From: an uncultured virus (IMG/VR IMGVR_UViG_3300047355_000120)
Taxonomy: Duplodnaviria > Heunggongvirae > Uroviricota > Caudoviricetes
DNA: 64,000 nt
Strand: one strand, 5' to 3'
Virus record (IMG/VR): IMGVR_UViG_3300047355_000120
Shown here piece by piece: positions 56,601 to 64,000 of the stretch; position 1 is the first letter of the stretch; the number at the start of each line of letters is the position of its first letter. Under the pieces are notes generated by a model, which saw only the letters and a list, made by a program, of their open reading frames with translations, ran no database searches and was not told where the DNA came from. A program made the translations under genes and the position numbers.

Positions 56601-58230
56601 AACTAGGGACATCCCATGTGTTATCTTTACTTAAAAACCTTGTGCTAGTATCAGAAGTGCCGTCTTGTGCACTTAAATCAGCTGTAACAGTCACAGCACC
56701 TGTTGTTGCGGTGTTAGGTGTTAAATCTACATAAGTTCCATCAGTTGTAGTAACGGTAGTTACACCTGAATTTGTAGCAGGTACTCTAGTCCAAGCAGTT
56801 CCATTATAAATACACCAATCACCTAAATTCCAAGAATTTGGAGCCACACCTGATCCGTTTGGTGCAGCGGAACCAGCCACATCAACTATGTATAACCAAC
56901 CATCAGCTGGTGATAAAGCTGTTAAGTCTGGATTACCACCGCCTGTGCCTGCAGCACTCCAAGTATCTTTAAACTGTAAGCCCGTTGGTATTGCACCCCA
57001 AGATCCATCACCTTTTAAATAAGTTGTTCCAGTTCCACCTTCAGGTACGTAACCCACATTAGCACCACCAATATATTTAGCCGATGTTAAAGTTAATTCT
57101 CTATTTGCTATACTTTCAACTAAAGGTGCACCCGCTGAATCTGCTGTAGCTAAAGTAACGCCAGTTATACCAGTGTCTGTATTTGTACCTGTTAAAGTTA
57201 TTGTGTTACCTGTTTGTGATGCCGCAACACTACCTGCACCTAATATTAAAACCGTTCCACCACTGTTGCTTAATAATATGCCAGAATTAGTATTATTTGA
57301 TCCAGTACCTGTTATAGTTTGAAAGGGATTTTGCGTATCGGTCCAAGGTACATTAACAAGCATTTGTTCAGTATCTAAAGTTACCGCATAATTTCTTGCT
57401 GTGGCATCTGTAGTATAACCTATTTTAACACCACCTAAATCTGCAGCTGTAGCAACTGGTAAAACATAAGTTGTATCTGTCCAAGGAACATTTACAAACA
57501 TTTTTTCACTACTTAATTGAACTGGATAATTTTTAAGATTTTGACCATAACCTATTTGAACACCACCTCTTGTACCATTTGCAGCTAAAGGTAAAGTATA
57601 TACTGTGTCAGTCCAAGGCACATTAACAAAAGCTTTTTCTGCAGCTAATTCTAATGGATAATTTTTAAGATTTTGACCATAACCTATCTGAATTCCACCT
57701 CTAGTTCCATCAGCTGCTAAAGGTAATACATAAGTACCTGGTATTGTAGATATTAATTGTAAACTACCTCCACCATCAATAAACTGAGTATTATTACCAG
57801 CTCCAGTAACAGTTAAAACTCCGGCTGTTGTTATAGGTGAATTAGTTACTGTAAATGCGGTAGGCATAGTAAGACCAACGCTTGTAACCCCTAAACTTGT
57901 ATTATTTATCCATTGTGTACCTACGTTTGTTGATGATAATATTTGACCAGCTACTCCTGGTTGATTAGAAGAGTCATAATATTTTCCAGAAACAAGTAAA
58001 TCATTACTTATAGTGATAGAATTAGTAGTTGTAGATCCAAGATTTGTAACTTGTTGTAATGTTTGAGCTCCTCCTCCAGTTCCTATTAAATCTAATATAC
58101 TTTGTACAGTAAAACTAACTGTAGGATTATTTTTAGGAGAATTATCATCATTTTCATCATGCGTTATTGTTCCAATTAATAAGTCTGCCGCTTTTGGCGT
58201 ATTTAAAGGATACGAATATATTATTGCCAT
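53671..58230 (-). CDS. long tail fibre with C-terminal peptidase S74 intramolecular chaperone
   Basis: SDKKLKKNI...LKGVTFDWK...GFIAQDVQEVLPELV...LVEAIKEL; internal repeats. Confidence 0.88.
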   Translation of the reverse strand: MAIIYSYPLNTPKAADLLIGTITHDENDDNSPKNNPTVSFTVQSILDLIGTGGGAQTLQQVTNLGSTTTNSITISNDLLVSGKYYDSSNQPGVAGQILSSTNVGTQWINNTSLGVTSVGLTMPTAFTVTNSPITTAGVLTVTGAGNNTQFIDGGGSLQLISTIPGTYVLPLAADGTRGGIQIGYGQNLKNYPLELAAEKAFVNVPWTDTVYTLPLAANGTRGGVQIGYGQNLKNYPVQLSSEKMFVNVPWTDTTYVLPVATAADLGGVKIGYTTDATARNYAVTLDTEQMLVNVPWTDTQNPFQTITGTGSNNTNSGILLSNSGGTVLILGAGSVAASQTGNTITLTGTNTDTGITGVTLATADSAGAPLVESIANRELTLTSAKYIGGANVGYVPEGGTGTTYLKGDGSWGAIPTGLQFKDTWSAAGTGGGNPDLTALSPADGWLYIVDVAGSAAPNGSGVAPNSWNLGDWCIYNGTAWTRVPATNSGVTTVTTTDGTYVDLTPNTATTGAVTVTADLSAQDGTSDTSTRFLSKDNTWDVPSYTGAGVTTFTNANGTFISAGIENSAATGAVTVGTIDLSATGTKDGTTFLRGDNTWDVPPGTYTLPLAADGTRGGVQIGYTTDAANRNYAIQLNSEKMFANVPWTDTQENTEWYVRDFADLDKTVDNEKYLKFVTATGSLGTALTGSGSTSDPYIMTLTSPDTNTQNTYDLSVEQNSGSNSNPILRLAGSGGPDDITITGSGATTVTRTSATAFTINSAAGSYQWKVRDTQGTPVNKTLLNNEFLKFETATGTLGTALTGAGTTTDPYLMTLTSPNTTYSVVTTSTAGLVPILPNPHADKFLRADATWVVPTGTTYDDFVSSTANVAGTAGLVPAPAAGTQGGTYYLNGDGSFSVPPWIPNAVTVAGYVAAPAATDANLVWKTNASGVPAWRADSDTPPITYTISLSAPGSNNTNVTITPNTGTASTIQLTAGTFIKTTPDAASALTTLDLSASGTASSSTFLRGDNAWATPPNDDTQYTAGTGLSLSNEEFSIDSTVVTKTGTQTLTNKTLTSPVIDEIVPSGAILTIKGDGSSVDAKIKLNCYDNSHGQTLSAQPHSAGVTNTMLLPAGSSSTLVSNVSTSTLTNKSGNISMWTNDSGYLTSEADDLQSVTQRGDTTNQRIIMNGSGSDGYLYVAGNAANAAPINNQGMAFAYNNSGGSRENEIFFNPGIVTPDDNKLRYLAIINEYLNSNSGNARVTDTLVKLYGNGNLELVGPAATSTIANTYWRMPTTAAPGTGYYLSKASGSINLVWTAPPTTGDITSVTAGTGMTGGGTSGGVTLNVIGSNGITANANDITMSGSYTGDLTITGDAVTDSYRFRANHSNPTTSTATFYDQANEGPTISGYAVCFRTGSTPAQTGKLNSSGTLTILGDIVAYGSPSDKKLKKNIKPVENALEKTMKLKGVTFDWKEKSEGILDIKEDIGFIAQDVQEVLPELVRENDNGMLSMRHQGITPILVEAIKELKAEIEELKKKIK
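57523..57687. repeat. 33-nt exact direct repeat, 132-nt period, within tail fibre repeats
   Basis: TGGATAATTTTTAAGATTTTGACCATAACCTAT at 57523-57555 and 57655-57687. Confidence 0.85.
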
Positions 58231-58233
58231 TTA

Positions 58234-60981
58234 TTATTTGTTTTCTAATTCTTTTACTCTAATTTCTAATTCTTGTATTGCTTTAACTAATATTGGAACA
58301 AGTACTGAATATTTTAATGATTTTATTCTATCACCTTGTGGATTTAAATCGTCTTCTACTAATCCAGGAAAAACCTTTTCAGTTTCTTGTGCTATTAATC
58401 CTATTTGTTTTAAATCATCTCCTATAAAATTAAAGTTTTTTACTTTTAATTTTTTAACATCTTCTAGCTTAGGCGTTGCATCAGTAATATTTTCTTTTAT
58501 AGTTTCATCTGAATACTGACCGTAAGAATTGTTTCTGTTTCTTAGGTTACCATTTAAATTACACAGAAGCATGTTTGTATCTGATCCAGATGTTGGAGCA
58601 GCTTGAAATACTAAATGATAACCACCAGCATTCATTGAAGCAGATGTGTATGATAATAAACCTGTTGGGTTACTTACACCATTAAGATTGTTTTTAATAC
58701 CAATACCATTAGCACTGTTTATTTGTATATTTAATTTACCTCCTATATTACCTGAATTAAAACCTATACCTACATCTTGAAGAAAATAACCATTTTGCCC
58801 AGATAATGTTCCAACAAGTGTTAAAGCGTTTATGTTACTTGTACTGGCAAAATCTCCATAATATGTAGTATTTGTATCATAAAAAATTGGGGCAGTCATG
58901 GATGTTCCTGATGCTAAAGCTCCAGATTTAGTCTGAGAACTTCCCCCACCGTCTAAAACTAACCTAGCTGTAGATTGAGACCCGTTAGTTGTTCTACTAA
59001 CCCAAAAATTGTCAGAGTGAAAAGCGTGGGTTAATTGAAAAGAATAATTATTACCACTCGTCCAGAGATCTCCTGCAGATTGAATATAGTTTACCCAATC
59101 TGTAGTTGGAGGGTTATTTGCAATATTACTTCCAAAGTAAAAACCAGATGGTTCACTGGTTCCTGCAAAAGAATACACTCGTGTGCTTTTTCTTCCAGAG
59201 CCACCTGAAACTATCATGCTTGGTGTTAAACCTCCTACATTAGTAGCATTAGTAGCATTAGTAGAATTAGTAGCGTTAGTAGCATTTGCTACAGTCTGAG
59301 TGCTAATATTACCACTATGAATAATCTGTTTAGTTGTATTCCAACTACCACCTTTACCCGCTCTTAAATACCAATTTTCATAAACAGTTGTAGTAGAAGG
59401 TCCAATAATTTGCCAACTAGCATAACCATCACTCCAACCTTTCATTTGTATATATGATTGCCAATTTCCATTGCCAGGAACTTGATTTGTAAAACCTAAG
59501 TTCATAGCATGATCGGTTTCAGCGTTTGGAGGTATATCACCAGCTCTTGTATCTTTTATAAAGTACCCTGTAGTACCATTCCATCTTCCTGTATAAGTAC
59601 CTGTTAAAGATACAGTTCCTGTTGTTGTAATTGTTCCACCTGTAATTCCATTGCTTGTAGCCACTGAAGTTACTCCACTTGACTGAACAGGGTTAGGTAA
59701 GTTAACAGAATCCCAAACTGTTCTCCAACTTTGCCATGTTCCACTATTTTTACCTCTTACGGCTATTTCACCTGTTCTAAAATTACTAAATATCTGAGAA
59801 ACCCAAGATGAACTATATGCGGCAACAAAAAGACCTCCATCGGCATAACCAGCAGCTGAAGATGCATTACAATAACCAGACATGTTAGATGTAGCAGAAT
59901 CTACAGCAATACCACCAGTACTATTTCTAGACGTAAAAGTAGTTCCAACAAAATTAGTTGTAGCTGTTACGGTTACAGCTGGACCTGAAGCATTAGTTAA
60001 ACTTATACCTGTACCTGCAACTAAAGAAGTTAATGTACCCGTATTACTAGTGTGTGAATTCCATGTGTTTGAATTACCTCCACTAGCATATATCACGCCT
60101 CCAGCTGTAAAACTTCCAGCTACAGTATTGTTTCCTGACATATCTAATGTCCATCTGTCAGCCGATGCAGACCATCCACCTATTCTAAGTACATTATCAC
60201 TGTCTAGCCCAAAATTAACAGCATATGCACCAGGTCTATGGAAATGCATAATAGCTCCAGCGCTACTACTACCATAAACGCCTAGTCCAACAGCAGATGA
60301 CCCGGCTGTTGATCCAATACCATATACATCTAATGGATAAGTTCCTGCTGTAAAATCTGTTGATCCAGTTACGGTTCCACCAGCTAGTGGTAAAAAAGGA
60401 CCTGCACCTGGGGTAACACTATCAACATAAGCTTTGTTAGCAGCATCAGTGCTATCGGTAACTGTATCAACGCCTTGTATTCTACCTGTGCCTCCTAAAG
60501 TTATATCACCTCCTGAAACAGTAAAATCTCCAGCTATAGTAACATTTCCAGAACCATCAAAAGATTGTTGTACAACATTATTGTGTTTAAATTCTATGTA
60601 ATCAGGGGTTGCTTCTCTGTAAAATATACCATAAGTTGTTGCGTTAGCAAGTATAACCATAGGTACAGTAGCACCGGCAACATAATTAATTCCAAAACCA
60701 GTTGCGCTTGTTGTAAAACCTGAAAAAGTTGCACTAGTTCCTGTTAAAGCACCCCCAACAGTAAATGATATACCAGAAGCTGTAGCCGTAGCACCTGTAA
60801 GTGTACCACCAGATAAAGGTAAATAAGGTCCACCAATAACAGTTGAAGCTGCTACCCAAGTTGGTGCTGCATTACCATTTGATTTTAATATCTGTCCAGC
60901 CGTACCGTGGTTACCGTTAAATTGTACAGCACCTGTAGAGTGAACGTCAAATATCCCATTTATATTAGATAATGATGCCAT
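58234..60981 (-). CDS. tail fibre with C-terminal peptidase S74 chaperone
   Basis: SDETIKENI...GLIAQETEKVFPGLV...LKYSVLVPILVKAIQEL; YLPLSGGTLTG repeats. Confidence 0.88.
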   Translation of the reverse strand: MASLSNINGIFDVHSTGAVQFNGNHGTAGQILKSNGNAAPTWVAASTVIGGPYLPLSGGTLTGATATASGISFTVGGALTGTSATFSGFTTSATGFGINYVAGATVPMVILANATTYGIFYREATPDYIEFKHNNVVQQSFDGSGNVTIAGDFTVSGGDITLGGTGRIQGVDTVTDSTDAANKAYVDSVTPGAGPFLPLAGGTVTGSTDFTAGTYPLDVYGIGSTAGSSAVGLGVYGSSSAGAIMHFHRPGAYAVNFGLDSDNVLRIGGWSASADRWTLDMSGNNTVAGSFTAGGVIYASGGNSNTWNSHTSNTGTLTSLVAGTGISLTNASGPAVTVTATTNFVGTTFTSRNSTGGIAVDSATSNMSGYCNASSAAGYADGGLFVAAYSSSWVSQIFSNFRTGEIAVRGKNSGTWQSWRTVWDSVNLPNPVQSSGVTSVATSNGITGGTITTTGTVSLTGTYTGRWNGTTGYFIKDTRAGDIPPNAETDHAMNLGFTNQVPGNGNWQSYIQMKGWSDGYASWQIIGPSTTTVYENWYLRAGKGGSWNTTKQIIHSGNISTQTVANATNATNSTNATNATNVGGLTPSMIVSGGSGRKSTRVYSFAGTSEPSGFYFGSNIANNPPTTDWVNYIQSAGDLWTSGNNYSFQLTHAFHSDNFWVSRTTNGSQSTARLVLDGGGSSQTKSGALASGTSMTAPIFYDTNTTYYGDFASTSNINALTLVGTLSGQNGYFLQDVGIGFNSGNIGGKLNIQINSANGIGIKNNLNGVSNPTGLLSYTSASMNAGGYHLVFQAAPTSGSDTNMLLCNLNGNLRNRNNSYGQYSDETIKENITDATPKLEDVKKLKVKNFNFIGDDLKQIGLIAQETEKVFPGLVEDDLNPQGDRIKSLKYSVLVPILVKAIQELEIRVKELENK
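59239..59285. repeat. 9-nt tandem repeat (ATTAGTAGC, about 5 copies) encoding NAT repeats
   Basis: Directly visible; encodes NATNATNSTNATNATN. Confidence 0.8.
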
Positions 60982-60983
60982 AA

Positions 60984-62810
60984 CTATATATTAGCAGATG
61001 TAAATAATTTATATACAAGTTTTAATTTTAAATTAGTAAATCCACTTGGTAGAGTACCACCACTTACTCTATGTAAAGTTGTTCCAGCACCAGGCAAATA
61101 AGGTCTTACAACAGCATTACCTGTAACCGCGGGCCTATAAAGCATACCGTTTCCACTGTTATTATTGGTCATATAATTCCATTGAGTTGAATTAACTCGT
61201 GTTACAGTTTGAACACCTGGTATTTGGTTAGATTGCCTCGCTTCTAGTTGAAGACCACTATTACTAGTGACTGTTCCTGTTGTCATCCAATAACTTTCTT
61301 GTATTACTACATATGTTGCGCCAGGTCCTGTTGTTCCACCTCCAGGAGCTGCTATTAAAGTATATCCACTACCTCCAAAACCAGCATTAAGTTGAGCTGC
61401 AGTAAAAGTCCATGTTTGTTCTAAAACAGCAGGTGTTAATCCACCACCTGCAACTTGCCAACTTGGAGAAGCATTCCCATTTGATGTTAATACTTCCCCT
61501 GCAGCTCCGTAAGCTGTAGCGGATGTTCCTAAAGCTATAGCGCCTGTGCTTGTTATAGTCATACGAGTGCTACTATTAGTTTCACTTCTAAATATATGGT
61601 TTGACGCACTATAATAATTATTGTTATCAACATAAGGAAACCAGTTATCAGCCGTTCCATTAGAAAGAACATTTCCTCCACTCGCGCCAGCATTAACTTC
61701 AATACCACTAGCGTTAGAATTTACATTTGCACCCACAACTAACTTAGCACCCGGGTTGGTATTATCGATCCCAACGTTGCCAGTATCTTTAATAAACATT
61801 AAACTTGAACCATTTCCATCTTTAAATTGAAAGCTTCTACTTGATTGGTTATTGTCTGAATCTATGGTTATAGCTCCTGATTCTCTAAAATTAATTTCAG
61901 CAAAACCTCCTATTAAAAAATTTATTGCAGATCCATATAATCCAATGTTACCATTATTTTCTACATGAGCTTTTTCATTACCTGCCTCGTTATAAACAAC
62001 AAAATTTTTAGCGGTTGTTGCACCTAAATATCCTTCAATTGTATTAGCTATTTTTAGTTCAATTAATGCTGAGCCAGGAGCATTTCTATTAAGACTTAAT
62101 ATAGTTCCAGATCCTGAAAAAATTGCTGTTGTTCCTGTAACACTTCCTGCAAAAGTTGCGTTTTGTGTACCGCCAATAGTTAATGCTAATGTTGGTGTGC
62201 TTCCTGTTTTTATTCTAAAATCTCCTGCTGTACTAATTTCTGCGCCAGTTACATTGTTTTCTGGTGTCATAAATGAATTAGCAGAATATTGTAATTTTTT
62301 TCCAGCGGCTAAATTTATATCTCCTGCAAAAGTTGCGTTTTGTGATGAGTCTAAAGTTAAAGCTGCTAATCCACTAGCGCCTGTTGCAATAACCAAAGCA
62401 TTGCTTTCTGTACCATATATAATCCCTAAGTCTCCTTGATTTACATTTGACCAAGTAATAGCGGGTCTAGATGCTCCAGAACCTTTAACTACTAACCCTG
62501 TATAATTAGAAACACCATCAATAAGTACAGTTCCTGCAAAAGTTGCATTTCCTGAAGTGTCTATAACTAATCTACCAGAAGCAGCATCTACATCATAAAA
62601 ATTTAATGAACCATTTACAGCTGAATATATAGAAAATGTTTTACCTTGTGCAGCTGAGTTATCTAAAGTTATAGAAGCACAGTTTCCATTTGTTATAGAT
62701 ATTCCACTTTCAGTACCTGATATATTATTTATAGGGGCTAAACTACCTATTTTAAGAAAATCTCCATCCGTGAATAGGAATTTATTATTTATATTTGATA
62801 AGTTTGCCAT
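60984..62810 (-). CDS. tail fibre/spike protein
   Basis: NATFAG and GNVGI repeats; N-terminal LSNIN shared with 58234-60981. Confidence 0.8.
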   Translation of the reverse strand: MANLSNINNKFLFTDGDFLKIGSLAPINNISGTESGISITNGNCASITLDNSAAQGKTFSIYSAVNGSLNFYDVDAASGRLVIDTSGNATFAGTVLIDGVSNYTGLVVKGSGASRPAITWSNVNQGDLGIIYGTESNALVIATGASGLAALTLDSSQNATFAGDINLAAGKKLQYSANSFMTPENNVTGAEISTAGDFRIKTGSTPTLALTIGGTQNATFAGSVTGTTAIFSGSGTILSLNRNAPGSALIELKIANTIEGYLGATTAKNFVVYNEAGNEKAHVENNGNIGLYGSAINFLIGGFAEINFRESGAITIDSDNNQSSRSFQFKDGNGSSLMFIKDTGNVGIDNTNPGAKLVVGANVNSNASGIEVNAGASGGNVLSNGTADNWFPYVDNNNYYSASNHIFRSETNSSTRMTITSTGAIALGTSATAYGAAGEVLTSNGNASPSWQVAGGGLTPAVLEQTWTFTAAQLNAGFGGSGYTLIAAPGGGTTGPGATYVVIQESYWMTTGTVTSNSGLQLEARQSNQIPGVQTVTRVNSTQWNYMTNNNSGNGMLYRPAVTGNAVVRPYLPGAGTTLHRVSGGTLPSGFTNLKLKLVYKLFTSANI

Positions 62811-62820
62811 TATTTGTTTT

Positions 62821-64000
62821 CTAAGCTTGATATGAAATTATTTTACAGTTCCATCCGTGTGCATTACTATGCCACCCTGTAAATGTAATCGTTATGTTAT
62901 TTGTTCCACCATTTGTTGATACAGATATTGCTCCACTACCAACAACAGCTGTTTGAACAAACCCAACAATACCATTTCCTATGTTAGTGTTACTTCCATT
63001 ATCCCTCCAGTATATAAACCCATTGTTAACTTTACTTTGCCAACCTGTAACTTGTATTTCACATTGACCACCTTGAGGATTGTTTCCAAAAAGTGTAACA
63101 GGATTAAAAGTATAAGTTCCATTAGCTCCTTGATAACCAATATTTAAAACTCTAGGTGTGTTTAAAATAGTTTGTAAAGTGTTATCTCTTTGAAATTGTT
63201 TATCACAAATAGAATATCCGTTAACATCTAAAGGTTGTGTAGGCGCTCCAGTTGCAATACCTACTTTAATATCACCCGCGCCTGTATTTTGAAAATTAAC
63301 TTCTCTACTAGCTCCACTAGACCACCCAATATTTCCTGTAGTTCCGTCTGAAGATATATCAAACACGCTAGAACCATAAACATACATTTGTAGTCTAGGT
63401 GTTCCACCAGCAACTGTTTCTATTAACACTTGTCCATTTGTAGGGTTAAGTACTGCAGAGTCTGTTCCAAAATGAACACCTCCATTAACGTGTAAAGTTG
63501 CGTTAGGCAAATTCGTCCCGATTCCGACGTTGCCACTATTACTCATATACATTACATTAGTGTTGAGACCACCTGCATTATTACCTGTATCAAACTGAAG
63601 ACCACCGTTATCTAATCCTTGTATTCTTGCTAAAGTTCCACCAGGATTTGTAAAACTTATTAATGAATCTAATCCATCTGTTGAATTATGCAGCTTTATC
63701 ATATCTTCAGCCGTATTCTGAATTACTAGTTTATAACCTGTAGGCGAATCCGTTCCGATCCCGACGTTACCTACCTTATCTATACGCATTTGCTCAGTTG
63801 AAGCAGAACCACCTGTTTGTGTCCAAAAAGTTAATGCAGAACCACCATTACCATTAGATTCTTGATGTACAGAGTTAATTCTTGTTTCAACTAATTGACT
63901 TGCTGAACCACTCCAGTACCTACCACTCATTCTAATTGAGTTTTGTATTTCATTACTGTCTACTAAACTTGCGTCATAATTTCTCATTATAAGCGTGGTT
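62821..64000 (-). CDS. tail fibre/spike protein, 5' end outside window
   Basis: GNVGIGT repeats; frame open to the window edge. Confidence 0.8.
   Translation of the reverse strand, partial: TTLIMRNYDASLVDSNEIQNSIRMSGRYWSGSASQLVETRINSVHQESNGNGGSALTFWTQTGGSASTEQMRIDKVGNVGIGTDSPTGYKLVIQNTAEDMIKLHNSTDGLDSLISFTNPGGTLARIQGLDNGGLQFDTGNNAGGLNTNVMYMSNSGNVGIGTNLPNATLHVNGGVHFGTDSAVLNPTNGQVLIETVAGGTPRLQMYVYGSSVFDISSDGTTGNIGWSSGASREVNFQNTGAGDIKVGIATGAPTQPLDVNGYSICDKQFQRDNTLQTILNTPRVLNIGYQGANGTYTFNPVTLFGNNPQGGQCEIQVTGWQSKVNNGFIYWRDNGSNTNIGNGIVGFVQTAVVGSGAISVSTNGGTNNITITFTGWHSNAHGWNCKIISYQA

Noticed and set aside
18491..63147. Numerous + strand ORFs antisense to structural genes (e.g. 18491, 24560, 39885, 44865, 50475, 59882)
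   Set aside because: Shadow frames of well-supported - strand genes, with biased Ser/Leu/Phe/Pro composition and mostly non-ATG starts
53671..64000. Diversity-generating retroelement or invertase shufflon acting on the fibres
   Set aside because: No reverse transcriptase, adenine-mismatched TR/VR pair, recombinase or inverted cassettes seen in the window
1..64000. CRISPR array, integrase, introns/inteins, stop-codon reassignment
   Set aside because: No regularly spaced repeat-spacer array or integrase motif; nrdA, terL and helicase are uninterrupted; TAA, TAG and TGA all end genes normally

Overview
This is a large part of an AT-rich tailed-phage genome in the standard genetic code. The host is most likely marine Bacteroidota/Flavobacteriia; this is inferred from the absence of Shine-Dalgarno motifs, A/T-rich leaders, an 'AQ' signal-peptide cleavage site and a Flavobacterium-like NrdB. 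There are two convergent arms. The + arm (1-15125) carries early genes behind a repeated promoter-like motif, an RNA cluster (tRNA-fMet, tRNA-Gln, an 84-nt tmRNA-like RNA and upstream structured RNA), DNA ligase, a sigma factor, ERF/exonuclease, SSB, primase-helicase, a nucleotide-modification cassette, endonuclease I and a class I RNR. The - arm (15268-64000) carries tail fibres, GroEL/GroES, endolysin, holin, terminase, portal, scaffold, capsid, tail/neck proteins, putative ejection proteins (one of 2623 aa) and a terminal envelope cassette. Best leads: (1) a minimal tmRNA tRNA-like domain with a G3:U70 Ala identity pair and no mRNA-like domain; (2) a lambda-type G_GGA_AAG slippery site plus H-type pseudoknot at codon 42 of the 2623-aa gene; (3) a T4 gp42-like dCMP-specific 'thymidylate synthase' next to a GIY-YIG::MazG fusion, suggesting cytosine-modified DNA; (4) an overprinted MPFKSEKQRR-type gene inside the scaffold gene; (5) a sigma-region-2-like segment in the giant virion protein; (6) CpG-rich DNA motifs at GNVGI repeats of the tail fibres. 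All family assignments come from motif recognition by eye; no searches or folding programs were run.
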